Positions 1 to 9,618 of a stretch of 64,000 bases of DNA are shown here, one piece after another. The stretch is from a virus: positions 28,967 to 92,966 of IMG/VR virus record IMGVR_UViG_3300047471_000729. One strand, written 5' to 3'. Under the pieces are notes generated by a model. It saw nothing but the letters and a program-made list of their open reading frames with translations, was not told where the DNA came from and did not search any database. Made by a program: the position numbers and the translations under genes. Every line of letters starts with the position of its first letter. The first letter of the stretch is position 1.

Positions 1-2
1 TT

Positions 3-1811
3 GGACAGACCAATAACGGCTGGTTCTATACCGGAATTAACTCGCCAGCTTACCCGACTAGCTTTGGTGGTCTCGCAATTTCATGGAACTTTAACGTAGG
101 ACAGGGTGACGTAGATTTCTGGAATTGTTACACCAGTGGTAGCGGTTACACTTCATTCTTTTGGTATCAACTGACGACTGCTGGCTCAGCAGCAACAAAA
201 GTGATGCAGGTTGGTCCAAGCGGTCTTCTGGTTCCATCTACGTTTCTAAAAACCGGTGGTGGGGCGAGCTACCGCATGTCGCCCAACGCCAACAACACCG
301 GCATCGGCTCGTTTTGGTACACCGACACCAGCACCATGTACTTGTTGCTGACCGCGAATAATGACGCTTGGGGTAGCTTCAACGGGCTGCGTCCTTTCGC
401 GGTGGACCTCGCCACTGGCGTCGCGACATTCGGTCACCGGGTGACATTCAACCAAGGCGTGACGATCAGCGGTATCGGCCTCAACGCCTTGACTGTGACT
501 GGCTGGAACATCGTCCTGCAAAACAGTGCGTCCAACAATTACATCATGGCGCAGAACTCCGGCGGTTCCAACGTCAAGATATACGATGACGGCAACAGCC
601 ACATCGAAGCTAGTGCCCAGCTTTGGATTAACAACGCCACCGGAGCTTATACTCAGATCGGCGGCGGGATGACTGTTGCCGGTGCGGTGCAAATCAACGG
701 CGCCTCCAACACAAACGGAAACGCCACCTGTCAGGGGAACATCTACACCAACAGCATCGTGATGAACAACACTTGCTTACTGTATGGCAGGGACACTGCC
801 GGAACTCAGCAGTGGTTGATCGGATGTTGGAACGATAACACTATCTATGTCGGTGACAATTCCCGCACATTGCATCTGCGCGGCTCAGTAAACGTATTCG
901 ATAACCAAGTTCAATGCCCCACCATCACTGTTGGGGGCCTCCTTTGGCAGAACTACAACAGCGGCTGGTGGTGGACCGGAAGCCCGATCCACACCGACAG
1001 CGCGGTTCAGGCTGGTTTATGGATAACCGCCGGAACTGACATCAGTGCTGGCGGTCAGCTCAGTTGCAGCGGCAATTTGAACGTCAGTGGGACATCGTAT
1101 TTGAATGGGAATCAGACCCGCGTTCACGGCACCGATGCCAACGATAGCCTTACCGTCACCTGTTCCGACTATAGCAGGTTTCTCACTATCAAACCCCAAT
1201 CTCCCCAGAATAACTGGTGTCAGATGGGCTACTATTGTGGTGGCGCCGGGTGGGGAACCCTCGAAATAGTCGGGCAGCTTTACTGCGACGGCTCGATGCA
1301 TTGCGGCGATCTAACCGCCACCGGCTGGATTTACGGTGGTGGCAACGGAGGAGCGCAAATTAGATGTTGGGCGGGTGATTGGGGCGCGATGTCCTACGCC
1401 ATGAGCGGCGGCTACTTTGAGATTAGCCCGGATCAAGGCGTGTCCGGTTTCTACTTTCCCAATGCAGGAAACTGGTCCGACGCACGACTGAAGCTCAACA
1501 TCCGCGACAGCGAGATTGATGCCCTGGCGGTGCTTGGCAGGATACCGGTGCGCGCCTTTGAATGGAACGATCACGGTCGCAAGCTAATGCCCTATCGGGA
1601 CAGATCAGTAACATGCGGCCTCGTCGCGCAGGAAGTAGAGGAGCTAATACCCAGCGCGGTAGACATCCCGCCCCTTATCGGTGACGACATGAAGGCCATC
1701 CTTTATGAGCAGTTCCACCCCTACTATATCCGCGCTATCCAGCAACTAAAGGCAGAAAATGATGAGTTAATGGAAAGATTAACTAGGTTGGAGCAATCAA
1801 TTGTCCATTAA
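3..1811 (+). CDS. Tail fibre 1 (5'-partial) with C-terminal peptidase S74 chaperone
   Basis: Frame is open from base 3, so the gene starts before the window. Gly/Asn/Thr-rich; fibre motif YLLLTANNDAWGSFNGLRPFAVDLATG; S74 signature WSDARLKLNI...GLVAQEVEE...RAIQQL with terminal coiled coil. Confidence 0.9.
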   Translation, partial: GQTNNGWFYTGINSPAYPTSFGGLAISWNFNVGQGDVDFWNCYTSGSGYTSFFWYQLTTAGSAATKVMQVGPSGLLVPSTFLKTGGGASYRMSPNANNTGIGSFWYTDTSTMYLLLTANNDAWGSFNGLRPFAVDLATGVATFGHRVTFNQGVTISGIGLNALTVTGWNIVLQNSASNNYIMAQNSGGSNVKIYDDGNSHIEASAQLWINNATGAYTQIGGGMTVAGAVQINGASNTNGNATCQGNIYTNSIVMNNTCLLYGRDTAGTQQWLIGCWNDNTIYVGDNSRTLHLRGSVNVFDNQVQCPTITVGGLLWQNYNSGWWWTGSPIHTDSAVQAGLWITAGTDISAGGQLSCSGNLNVSGTSYLNGNQTRVHGTDANDSLTVTCSDYSRFLTIKPQSPQNNWCQMGYYCGGAGWGTLEIVGQLYCDGSMHCGDLTATGWIYGGGNGGAQIRCWAGDWGAMSYAMSGGYFEISPDQGVSGFYFPNAGNWSDARLKLNIRDSEIDALAVLGRIPVRAFEWNDHGRKLMPYRDRSVTCGLVAQEVEELIPSAVDIPPLIGDDMKAILYEQFHPYYIRAIQQLKAENDELMERLTRLEQSIVH

Positions 1812-4593
1812 CTTTCCTAATACCCCTCAACCGGGGGATGAGTGGACTGATTCTGGTGCGTCTTGGACGTGGGATGGAGCCAAGTGGGAAGCAACTACCT
1901 TTGCTAATGATGGTCCTTACCTGCCACTAGCTGGTGGTATGATGGCAGGTATGTTGACTTTGTTTCATACTGCACCAACTGCTGCCTATCATGCGACACC
2001 AAAAAATTACGTTGATTTGTTTGCCCCACTTAATAGTCCTATTCTTACTGGTAATCCAACAGGGCCTACCAGGCCGGTCGGTGATAACAGTGCCAGCCTT
2101 GCTACTACAGCCTTTGTCAGCTCGTACGCACCATTAGCTTCGCCCATCTTTATCGGCAACCCACGAGCGCCTACGCCGGCTTTAGGCGATAATACGACCA
2201 CTATCCCAACGACAGCCTGGGTTAAGTCACAGGGATATGGTACTGCATTGGCGTTTCTGCCGTTGACTGGTGGGACTTTAACTGGATTTCTATATATATC
2301 CACAGGTGGATCACCTGTACACGGTTCTACAGCGGCAGGGTTTGGTGCTACACGTTGGAGTTTTGCTGTAGCTCCTAGTGATGAAATTAGTACCGGAACA
2401 ATTGATTATCGTGGTTTCGACACTGGAGCACTCAGTATTATTGGTGCAGGGACGGATGGTAGCAATCGTCGGATTCGTCTCTGGGACAATGTGTTGGTAA
2501 GTAATACTTTAACTGTTGGCGGTGGAGGTATATCGGCTGCAAATACGATTGCAAGCACCGGTGGCAATGCGATCATTACTTGGACGGATCGGACCAGTGG
2601 AGTGACATGGGGATGGTATGCTTCTGGCGGTTTGTGTCGATTGTGGGATGCCAATATTGGTGACATGCTCTCAATGTCCAATACTGGTAATCTGACACAT
2701 ATTGGTAACTATCACTATTTCTCTAACAGTGGTGGAAATGTTAATAGTTCAGGTGGTAATTTTATCTATTCTGATCCAAACTGGACGATATTCCATATAG
2801 GCACTGGTAATCAAGGAGTTCAGGTTCAAGATACTAATGGTAATGCTCGTCACTTATTTTATAGTGGTGGTAATGCTTATCATGGAGGTCCTCTTAGCAT
2901 ACAAGGTAATAATGCAGTCGATAGTCTACTTATCTATAGGAGTGGTGGTACTGCTTATATGACGTTTAAGCCTGAGACTGGTGGTAACTGGTCTCAGATT
3001 GGTTACTACGGATCAAGTTTTGGCTGGGGTGGTATTGAATTCCCGGGTCCGGTACAGTTTGATTCTGGCTTCACCACGTTAGGTAACCTTCAAGCCAATG
3101 GGTATGTGGTTACTAACAATTTATATCTGTGGCAAAGTTACATCTTTTTTATGGGTCAGACTAGCGCTGGACCCAATCACTGGGCTAACAATACAGATAT
3201 GGGGTTCCGTTTAGGATCAGGGAATGGCACCTTCTATTTTCAGAATGTCAATGCTGCCAATAACTGTTTTATTGGTTCAGGTGGTGACATCTATGGTGCA
3301 ACACTTCGAACATGGGGTGGTGGTGACTGGGGTGCAAGTACAGGTTTTGCATCTTTTTCCCAGCATATCTGGCGCTTTGCGATAAGTGGGGGTGATGGAG
3401 GTGCATCGGGTACAGTTAGTTACCGCGTTTACGATTCCACCGCACTTTGTATTGTTGGGGCAGATAGTGGAGGGGTTCGACATGTTCATTTATGGGATGA
3501 TGTAGTTATAGATCGTAATTTACAAGTCAATGGTGGGAATATCTATTTACCAAATAGTTCAGGAACCGGCGTAAATATTGTTAATGCAGGTGGTAATTGG
3601 TTGCATGTCTTTGATGATGGAAATGCTCATCTCGAAACTAACACCAGACTTTGGGTCAATCAGCAAACTGGTACTGATGTTTGGTTTGGTGGACCAGTTA
3701 TTACAAATAGCAACTATTTTGTTTGGGTAAATGGTAGTGCAGGTATTGGTTCCGGTCAAGGTCCTTGCATGTATGGAGACAATAACTGGATTATTGCCAA
3801 GTTGGGTAGTGGGAATTCGGGATTTGCTGTCGCAGATTGGTATGCCAATTGGAATTTTCGAGTAGACTCTGCTGGATCAGTTAGTTGTGCGAATGTTACT
3901 GTTAGTGGAAGTCTCTTTGTCGGGGGATTACAGATTTATAACAACGGCGGCTGGGTATTTGTTGCCAATTCCCTACAGGCCGGTGGCTTGTATTCACGCG
4001 GCGATATCTGGAACGCGGGGAGCATTAATTCCGGCAATCAACTGAACTGTCCTAACGCCTGCACCGCTGGTTATCTTCACAGTACCAGTGATGTTAAGGC
4101 AAATGGCTGGTTCACCAGTGGCATCGGTAATGGTGGCGCTCAAGTTAGATGTTGGGCGGGTGATTGGGGCGCAATGTCCTTCGCTATCAGCAACCAGTAT
4201 TTCGAGATCAGCCCAGACCAAGGGCAATCGGGCTTTTACTATGCCCCGGCTGGTAATTGGTCGGATGCACGACTGAAATATAATATTCGAGATACTGAAG
4301 TTGATGCTCTAGCTGTCATCTGTGCAACACCTGTCCGTCGATTTGAATGGAACGAACGGGGACGCAAATTGATGCCTAATTCTGGATCGGACGTACTGTG
4401 TGGTTTCGTCGCGCAAGAGATTGAGGAAGTAATATCCATTGCAGTAGATGCCGTTCCCCTTCTAGGCGGTGGTATGAAACGTGTCGTTGATGAACATCTC
4501 ACACCATATCTTTTCCGTGCGATCCAACAGTTGACTAAACGAATTGCAGTGTTGGAGGATCGGCTTGCTTCTACAGGTAATACAACGCTATAA
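1801..4593 (+). CDS. Tail fibre 2 with C-terminal peptidase S74 chaperone
   Basis: YLPLAGG/FLPLTGG and APLxSPxxxGNP..PT...GDN fibre repeats; internally duplicated modules; WSDARLKYNI...GFVAQEIEE S74 domain. Confidence 0.9.
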   Translation: MSINFPNTPQPGDEWTDSGASWTWDGAKWEATTFANDGPYLPLAGGMMAGMLTLFHTAPTAAYHATPKNYVDLFAPLNSPILTGNPTGPTRPVGDNSASLATTAFVSSYAPLASPIFIGNPRAPTPALGDNTTTIPTTAWVKSQGYGTALAFLPLTGGTLTGFLYISTGGSPVHGSTAAGFGATRWSFAVAPSDEISTGTIDYRGFDTGALSIIGAGTDGSNRRIRLWDNVLVSNTLTVGGGGISAANTIASTGGNAIITWTDRTSGVTWGWYASGGLCRLWDANIGDMLSMSNTGNLTHIGNYHYFSNSGGNVNSSGGNFIYSDPNWTIFHIGTGNQGVQVQDTNGNARHLFYSGGNAYHGGPLSIQGNNAVDSLLIYRSGGTAYMTFKPETGGNWSQIGYYGSSFGWGGIEFPGPVQFDSGFTTLGNLQANGYVVTNNLYLWQSYIFFMGQTSAGPNHWANNTDMGFRLGSGNGTFYFQNVNAANNCFIGSGGDIYGATLRTWGGGDWGASTGFASFSQHIWRFAISGGDGGASGTVSYRVYDSTALCIVGADSGGVRHVHLWDDVVIDRNLQVNGGNIYLPNSSGTGVNIVNAGGNWLHVFDDGNAHLETNTRLWVNQQTGTDVWFGGPVITNSNYFVWVNGSAGIGSGQGPCMYGDNNWIIAKLGSGNSGFAVADWYANWNFRVDSAGSVSCANVTVSGSLFVGGLQIYNNGGWVFVANSLQAGGLYSRGDIWNAGSINSGNQLNCPNACTAGYLHSTSDVKANGWFTSGIGNGGAQVRCWAGDWGAMSFAISNQYFEISPDQGQSGFYYAPAGNWSDARLKYNIRDTEVDALAVICATPVRRFEWNERGRKLMPNSGSDVLCGFVAQEIEEVISIAVDAVPLLGGGMKRVVDEHLTPYLFRAIQQLTKRIAVLEDRLASTGNTTL

Positions 4594-4635
4594 TTTGGGT
4601 TATTATCACCACACTACAACCTTAGGGGTTCGGCT

Positions 4636-5217
4636 ATGACTGATTATGCAGATGTTCCAACTATAACAACTCTTCATCAGGAAAGTCAAAACATTCAGAA
4701 TGCTCTGAATCTACTTAATGCTGGCGGTACTATGTCGAATTTCACAGTCGCGCCCCCACCTCCGCCTACTGACGGATCTGGTATACCGTCCAGTACTATG
4801 TATATGTCGGTTAATATTTCGGTACCGGGTCCGATCTCACCTGATATGACTCAGGCACTTATTGATACATTAACAACTAGACAGGCTGAAGTAGTATCGG
4901 AGTTAGCCGACTTAGGTGTTGGTCCCCCGCCACCACCAATAACTGACCCGCCTGTAAACACGACGGCTCCCGTTGTCACACAGGTCGATACTAATCTTAA
5001 TTCTACAACAGGTGTTTGGGACAATACACCAACTAGCTATACGTATTCTTGGCTTAGGGAAGATGGAATAATGGTCGGAACTCTATCGACTTATCCTATT
5101 GCCTTTGCTGATGTTGATCTCTCGTTTACCTGTACTGTTACAGCAACAAATAATATTGGAACGACACAAGGTCCACCATCAAATAGCGTAGTTGTAGTCA
5201 GTCCACCCGCACCCTAG
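4636..5217 (+). CDS. Tail-fibre-associated protein with C-terminal Ig-like domain
   Basis: PPVNTTAPVV...GVW..TPTSYTYSW...TCTVTATN Ig-like pattern; N-terminal ~95 aa resembles 12298..12639. Confidence 0.65.
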   Translation: MTDYADVPTITTLHQESQNIQNALNLLNAGGTMSNFTVAPPPPPTDGSGIPSSTMYMSVNISVPGPISPDMTQALIDTLTTRQAEVVSELADLGVGPPPPPITDPPVNTTAPVVTQVDTNLNSTTGVWDNTPTSYTYSWLREDGIMVGTLSTYPIAFADVDLSFTCTVTATNNIGTTQGPPSNSVVVVSPPAP

Positions 5218-5228
5218 GAGGATGTATA

Positions 5229-5468
5229 ATGGGTTCGCCTATGCCTAGTAGTGGTACACCTGTTCCTGCAACTCAACCGTTTACCATTAGATTGGAAGCG
5301 CAACAGTGGAATGCTGTATTGGCTGCGCTTGGTGAAGCACCCTATCGGGTTTCTGCACCATTGATCCAAGCGATTGGTGAACAACTTCAGACCCAGGCGA
5401 ATCAGGCAGGTACCTCTGCCCCAAATGGGCTTGATGTTGATATTGTGACATCTTCTCCGCCCAACTAA
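5229..5468 (+). CDS. Small conserved phage protein
   Basis: GGAGG RBS; QQWNAVLAALGEAPYRVSAPLI; coupled to the next gene. Confidence 0.6.
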   Translation: MGSPMPSSGTPVPATQPFTIRLEAQQWNAVLAALGEAPYRVSAPLIQAIGEQLQTQANQAGTSAPNGLDVDIVTSSPPN

Positions 5469-5965
5469 TGAGATACCGCAAGCTTGACCAAAACGGCGAT
5501 ATGCAGTTTGGTCATGGGGCTGGTGACTTTTGGAAAGACCAACCGGAAGCGGTTGGTCAATCCATCAAGACTCGGCTGCTCTTGTTTGCTGGCGAGTGGT
5601 ATCTTGATACTTCTGCGGGAACTCCCTGGGGTGGGTTCCCACTAAACCAGTCTGTTGTTCAGCAAGGTAAGATACTGTCTGAGCATACACAGTTCTCAAG
5701 GGATGCGGCAATTCGTGAGAGAATTATTACAACTGATGGAGTGATGACATTAAACAATTATGGAAGCGCGTTTAATGCTAATTCCCGCGCGTTTTCAGTT
5801 GGCGCACAAGTAGATACAGTTTATGGTGGTCCTATTTCTGTAATTATCTCTCAAGTATTAGGTGCACCACCGGTTATTCAGTTTGGAGTCCCTCTTGCTC
5901 AAGAGAGACGTCCTGTAGCTCCCGTTTATAGATCCTTGCCAAGACCATCAACAAGGGCTAGGTAG
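5468..5965 (+). CDS. Baseplate wedge/sheath-initiator-like protein
   Basis: MRYRKLD.NGD..FG...PEAV.Q.IKTRL.LF.GEW.LDT..GTPW pattern, directly upstream of baseplate J. Confidence 0.75.
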   Translation: MRYRKLDQNGDMQFGHGAGDFWKDQPEAVGQSIKTRLLLFAGEWYLDTSAGTPWGGFPLNQSVVQQGKILSEHTQFSRDAAIRERIITTDGVMTLNNYGSAFNANSRAFSVGAQVDTVYGGPISVIISQVLGAPPVIQFGVPLAQERRPVAPVYRSLPRPSTRAR

Positions 5966-5967
5966 AA

Positions 5968-7158
5968 ATGGTTGCTCCCGTTGCAGTAATTGACTCGAAT
6001 GGTATAACGATACCACTATATACTGATGTGCTTGCTTATCTGCAAGAACAATATCAATTGATTTATGGTAGTGATGTCAATCTGGATCCTGATACTCAAG
6101 ATGGTCAGTGGATTGCGGTAACCGCATCAGCAATTCATGATGCCAATCAGACTATGGTTGCAGCTTATCTATCCTATAGTCCAACCTTTGCACAAGGTGT
6201 AGGTCTATCAAGTATTGTAAAGATTAATGGTATTCGACGTCAGCGTCCCAGTGTTAGCAATGTAATAGTGCAATGTGTTGGTGTTGCAGGTACCGGTATT
6301 GGTGGTGGTATTGTAGGTGACCAGTTTAATCTTGGTACTCAGTGGGTTTTACCACCCGAGGTTACTATTCCACCGACTGGCTTAATTGAAGTAACAGCGA
6401 CTTCTAATGTTGAAGGAGCAGTTACAGCAGATGTGAATACATTAACACACATTCTGACACCAATACCTGGTTGGCAGACAGTTACTAATCCAAGTGCTGC
6501 GGTACCTGGTCAACCAATTGAGACTGATGCAGCATTACGCAGAAGACAAACAATCTCGGTAGCAAATCCTTCACAAACAGTGGTTGTTGGTATTCAAGGT
6601 GCGATTGAGGAATTAGCAGGTGTCGTCCGGGTTATGGTCTATGAAAATCCAACTGCTGTTACTGACGTAAATGGTACACCACCCTATTCAATGGCTATAG
6701 CTGTTGAGGGTGGGGACATTAACGATATTGCCAATGCTATAGCGTTAAGAAAGACACCAGGCAGCCCAACCTATGGTACCACTTCGGTTATGGTCTTTGA
6801 TAGTCGTGGTATACCTTCGGTGATTAATTTCTTTGAGTTGACTATAGTGCCTGTAACGGTTGGTATTACACTGAATGCCCTTCCTGGATTTACTTCGGTA
6901 ATTGAAACGGAAATCATTGATAGTGTTATCGCCTATATGAATTCTCTGCCTATTGGTTATGATTCCTATCAGTCTAAACTAGTAGCTGCTTGTCAGGTGA
7001 CTGAGCCTGATGGATTAACTTATGATGTTACTTCAGTTAGACAATCAAGAGATGGGAACCCTCTTGCTATCCAAGATGTGACAATTTCTTATATTGAAGC
7101 GGCAACCGCTGATCCCACTACGGTTACAATAACCGTCAATCCTCAGCTTAGGAGGTAA
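5968..7158 (+). CDS. Baseplate J/gp47-like protein
   Basis: DPDTQDGQWI, KINGIRR, VTNPSAAVPG..IETDAALRRR, VEGG motifs typical of baseplate J. Confidence 0.88.
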   Translation: MVAPVAVIDSNGITIPLYTDVLAYLQEQYQLIYGSDVNLDPDTQDGQWIAVTASAIHDANQTMVAAYLSYSPTFAQGVGLSSIVKINGIRRQRPSVSNVIVQCVGVAGTGIGGGIVGDQFNLGTQWVLPPEVTIPPTGLIEVTATSNVEGAVTADVNTLTHILTPIPGWQTVTNPSAAVPGQPIETDAALRRRQTISVANPSQTVVVGIQGAIEELAGVVRVMVYENPTAVTDVNGTPPYSMAIAVEGGDINDIANAIALRKTPGSPTYGTTSVMVFDSRGIPSVINFFELTIVPVTVGITLNALPGFTSVIETEIIDSVIAYMNSLPIGYDSYQSKLVAACQVTEPDGLTYDVTSVRQSRDGNPLAIQDVTISYIEAATADPTTVTITVNPQLRR

Positions 7159-7160
7159 TC

Positions 7161-7820
7161 ATGACTGGACTAACCGATCGCACGGCTCAAGGGCTCCTCG
7201 GTCACATCACTGGAAAGTTAGCAATCTTTCCTATACCAACAGTCTTTATTGGTTTATTTACAGCTGTTGGTAGTGATGCGGGGGTCGGGTTTACCGAAGT
7301 TGCCGGTGGGGCTTATGCTAGGTCGCCAACTACTGCAGCAACTTGGAATTCGGCAGCCGGGTCAGGACCTAGTGCAATCTCGAATGCGAACCCAATCACT
7401 TTTGCCATCTCTACGGCAGACTGGGGGACAGTCACTGCCTTTGGCTTGTATGATGCAGTTACTGCGGGGAATCTACTTGCCTGGGATTACTTTGGTAGCT
7501 ATACCTGGTTGCCAACACAGATTAGTGCAGCCTCGCCTGCGATCCTGTCGGTATCACGACATGGTTTCCTTACTGGTGACAGTGTTGTCTATTCTGCAGA
7601 ATATGGCGGGAGTCCCCCGACTTTCCTGCAAGGTAACTTTACAGGACTTCTTGCTGTTACTAACCCACTGACAGATTCTTTCTCTGTCACATCCACAGGT
7701 TCGGCAGTCAACACTAATACCTCTGGTAATGGAATGGTTCGTAAGGTTGCTTCGCAGCACATTGGTGTTGGTGTACAACCAACATTCCCATCGGGATCCT
7801 TGCTCATCACCTCTGCGTAA
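7161..7820 (+). CDS. Tail/baseplate structural protein
   Basis: IGLFTA...TEV.GG.YAR...ISN..ITF..TADWGTVTAFGLYDA.TAGNLL, a common phage tail-protein pattern. Confidence 0.65.
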   Translation: MTGLTDRTAQGLLGHITGKLAIFPIPTVFIGLFTAVGSDAGVGFTEVAGGAYARSPTTAATWNSAAGSGPSAISNANPITFAISTADWGTVTAFGLYDAVTAGNLLAWDYFGSYTWLPTQISAASPAILSVSRHGFLTGDSVVYSAEYGGSPPTFLQGNFTGLLAVTNPLTDSFSVTSTGSAVNTNTSGNGMVRKVASQHIGVGVQPTFPSGSLLITSA

Positions 7821-7848
7821 CTACTGTTTTGTAGGGCGTGGATGATCG

Positions 7849-9618
7849 ATGGATCTCTCTGGTCAGATAACGACCACATGCACAGCCAGGAATGATTATT
7901 CTGGCCAGATTCCTAACATAGCGTATACTCTATCTGGTCAAATAACCACTACAATCTCGGCTAGAAATGATTATTATGGTGGTGGTCCTCTTTACATATC
8001 CGGTCAGATCACCACAACTACTACAGCTAGTAATCTCTATACTATTGGGCCAGCAAATCTAACAGGTAGGATTGTAACTGCCGCTAAAGCTTGGGGTGGT
8101 TTTACTGCTCCTTCTGGTACTGTCTTATCCGGTCGGATCACAACTATTAGTAGTGCTAATAGTTGGATTATTACTGGTCCACTCAATTTAACTGGTCAGA
8201 TTTCTTCAACCAGTGCAGTTACAGGATACTTCTTTCAAGGATCATTTAATTTAACCGGTCGAATTACATCTACTAATCGTCTTCAAACTAGTGCCTTTAT
8301 TCTAGGTCAGTTTTCTGGTCGCATTACTTCCACTAGCTCGGCTAGTGGATCACCATTTGTAATGGGTAGTCTTTCTGGTACAATAACCTCTACCACTACA
8401 ACGAGTTCCTGGGCTAGGTTTGGTTTCCCCTTATCTGGTCAGATTACTTCTATTAGTTCAGCCTCTACTCAATTCCAACCTACGGTTCTATTATACGGTA
8501 CGATTAGTACGAGCGTTTCGACACTTGCTTCTTGGCCACCTTTTGTTACTTTATCTGGTCAGATTACTTCGACCTCATCCGTTCGAACGGATGGCGTATT
8601 CCCAGTAATAGCATTTGTTGCTGGTACAATTACTACAACTGTATCAGCAGGACTATGGGGTAATTTTCCGGAGTTTCTATCTGGTGTAATACTTTCGACA
8701 AGCTCAGCTTATGCAGAGACCGTACTTGATACTTATGTATCCGGTCAGATCACCACTATTGCTACAGCTCAAAGCATTCCACCACAACCGATAATAAATT
8801 TGATTGGTGGTAAGATCACCACCACAGTTACTGCCTCGTTTGGTGATCAGGTTGGGGCTGAGTTAGTACCACCACGTCCGCCTTATCCTGCTCCTTTCCC
8901 AACACAACCCGTAGAACATTATCTAGAATATATAACTTCTGAGCATAATCAGAAGCCAAAATACATGGATACTATTGCCATAAGCGTTGATACTTGGGTT
9001 CAGGATCAGTTAATATCGGCAGGATTACCAGGGTTATTTGATATTGATTACGCTGTTGGGGAGCAACTGGACTTTGTTGGGCAGTGGATTGGTAAGACTC
9101 GATGGATTCAAGTACCTAATGCCTTCTTTAGTTGGGACGAGGAAGGACTAGGTTGGAACCAAGCGAATTGGAAAGGCCCAGCAGATTCTGATGATCATCT
9201 TCAGCGTCTTGATGACTATCATTATCGTATACTGCTATTTGCGGCTATAGCTGCCAATCACTGGGATGGTTCTGTACCATCAGCTTATGCTGCCTGGGAT
9301 GCGTTGTTTCTCTATAGTGGTGTAACAGTGGTTATTCAAGACTACGGTAATATGTCTATGATGTATGGGGTATTGTGGGCGACTGAACCGGATACCGTTC
9401 TGATCTCTATGCTTATAAACGGACATATGGATCTAAAGCCTGAAGGCGTTAAAATATTAGATTATATCTTTCAAGTCGAGCCTAATGTCGCATTCTTTGG
9501 CTTTGATGCCCAGAATGACACAATAGCTGGATGGGAAGCTGGATCTTGGGGTATCCTTGTGCCGCCTGGCTCGGGGTACGACCCGCTGCAACCAACAGGG
9601 ATTACACCCAATGAGTGA
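7849..9618 (+). CDS. DUF2612-like baseplate protein with N-terminal Ser/Thr-rich repeats
   Basis: About 16 LSGQITTT-like repeats, then YLEYITSEH..KPKY...AVGEQLDFVGQWIG...LDDYHYR..AANHWDGS (DUF2612-like). Confidence 0.75.
   Translation: MDLSGQITTTCTARNDYSGQIPNIAYTLSGQITTTISARNDYYGGGPLYISGQITTTTTASNLYTIGPANLTGRIVTAAKAWGGFTAPSGTVLSGRITTISSANSWIITGPLNLTGQISSTSAVTGYFFQGSFNLTGRITSTNRLQTSAFILGQFSGRITSTSSASGSPFVMGSLSGTITSTTTTSSWARFGFPLSGQITSISSASTQFQPTVLLYGTISTSVSTLASWPPFVTLSGQITSTSSVRTDGVFPVIAFVAGTITTTVSAGLWGNFPEFLSGVILSTSSAYAETVLDTYVSGQITTIATAQSIPPQPIINLIGGKITTTVTASFGDQVGAELVPPRPPYPAPFPTQPVEHYLEYITSEHNQKPKYMDTIAISVDTWVQDQLISAGLPGLFDIDYAVGEQLDFVGQWIGKTRWIQVPNAFFSWDEEGLGWNQANWKGPADSDDHLQRLDDYHYRILLFAAIAANHWDGSVPSAYAAWDALFLYSGVTVVIQDYGNMSMMYGVLWATEPDTVLISMLINGHMDLKPEGVKILDYIFQVEPNVAFFGFDAQNDTIAGWEAGSWGILVPPGSGYDPLQPTGITPNE

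Noticed and set aside
1340-4300. Diversity-generating retroelement (TR/VR pair) between fibres 1 and 2
   Set aside because: Both copies are coding, the mismatches are not adenine-specific, and no reverse transcriptase is in the window.
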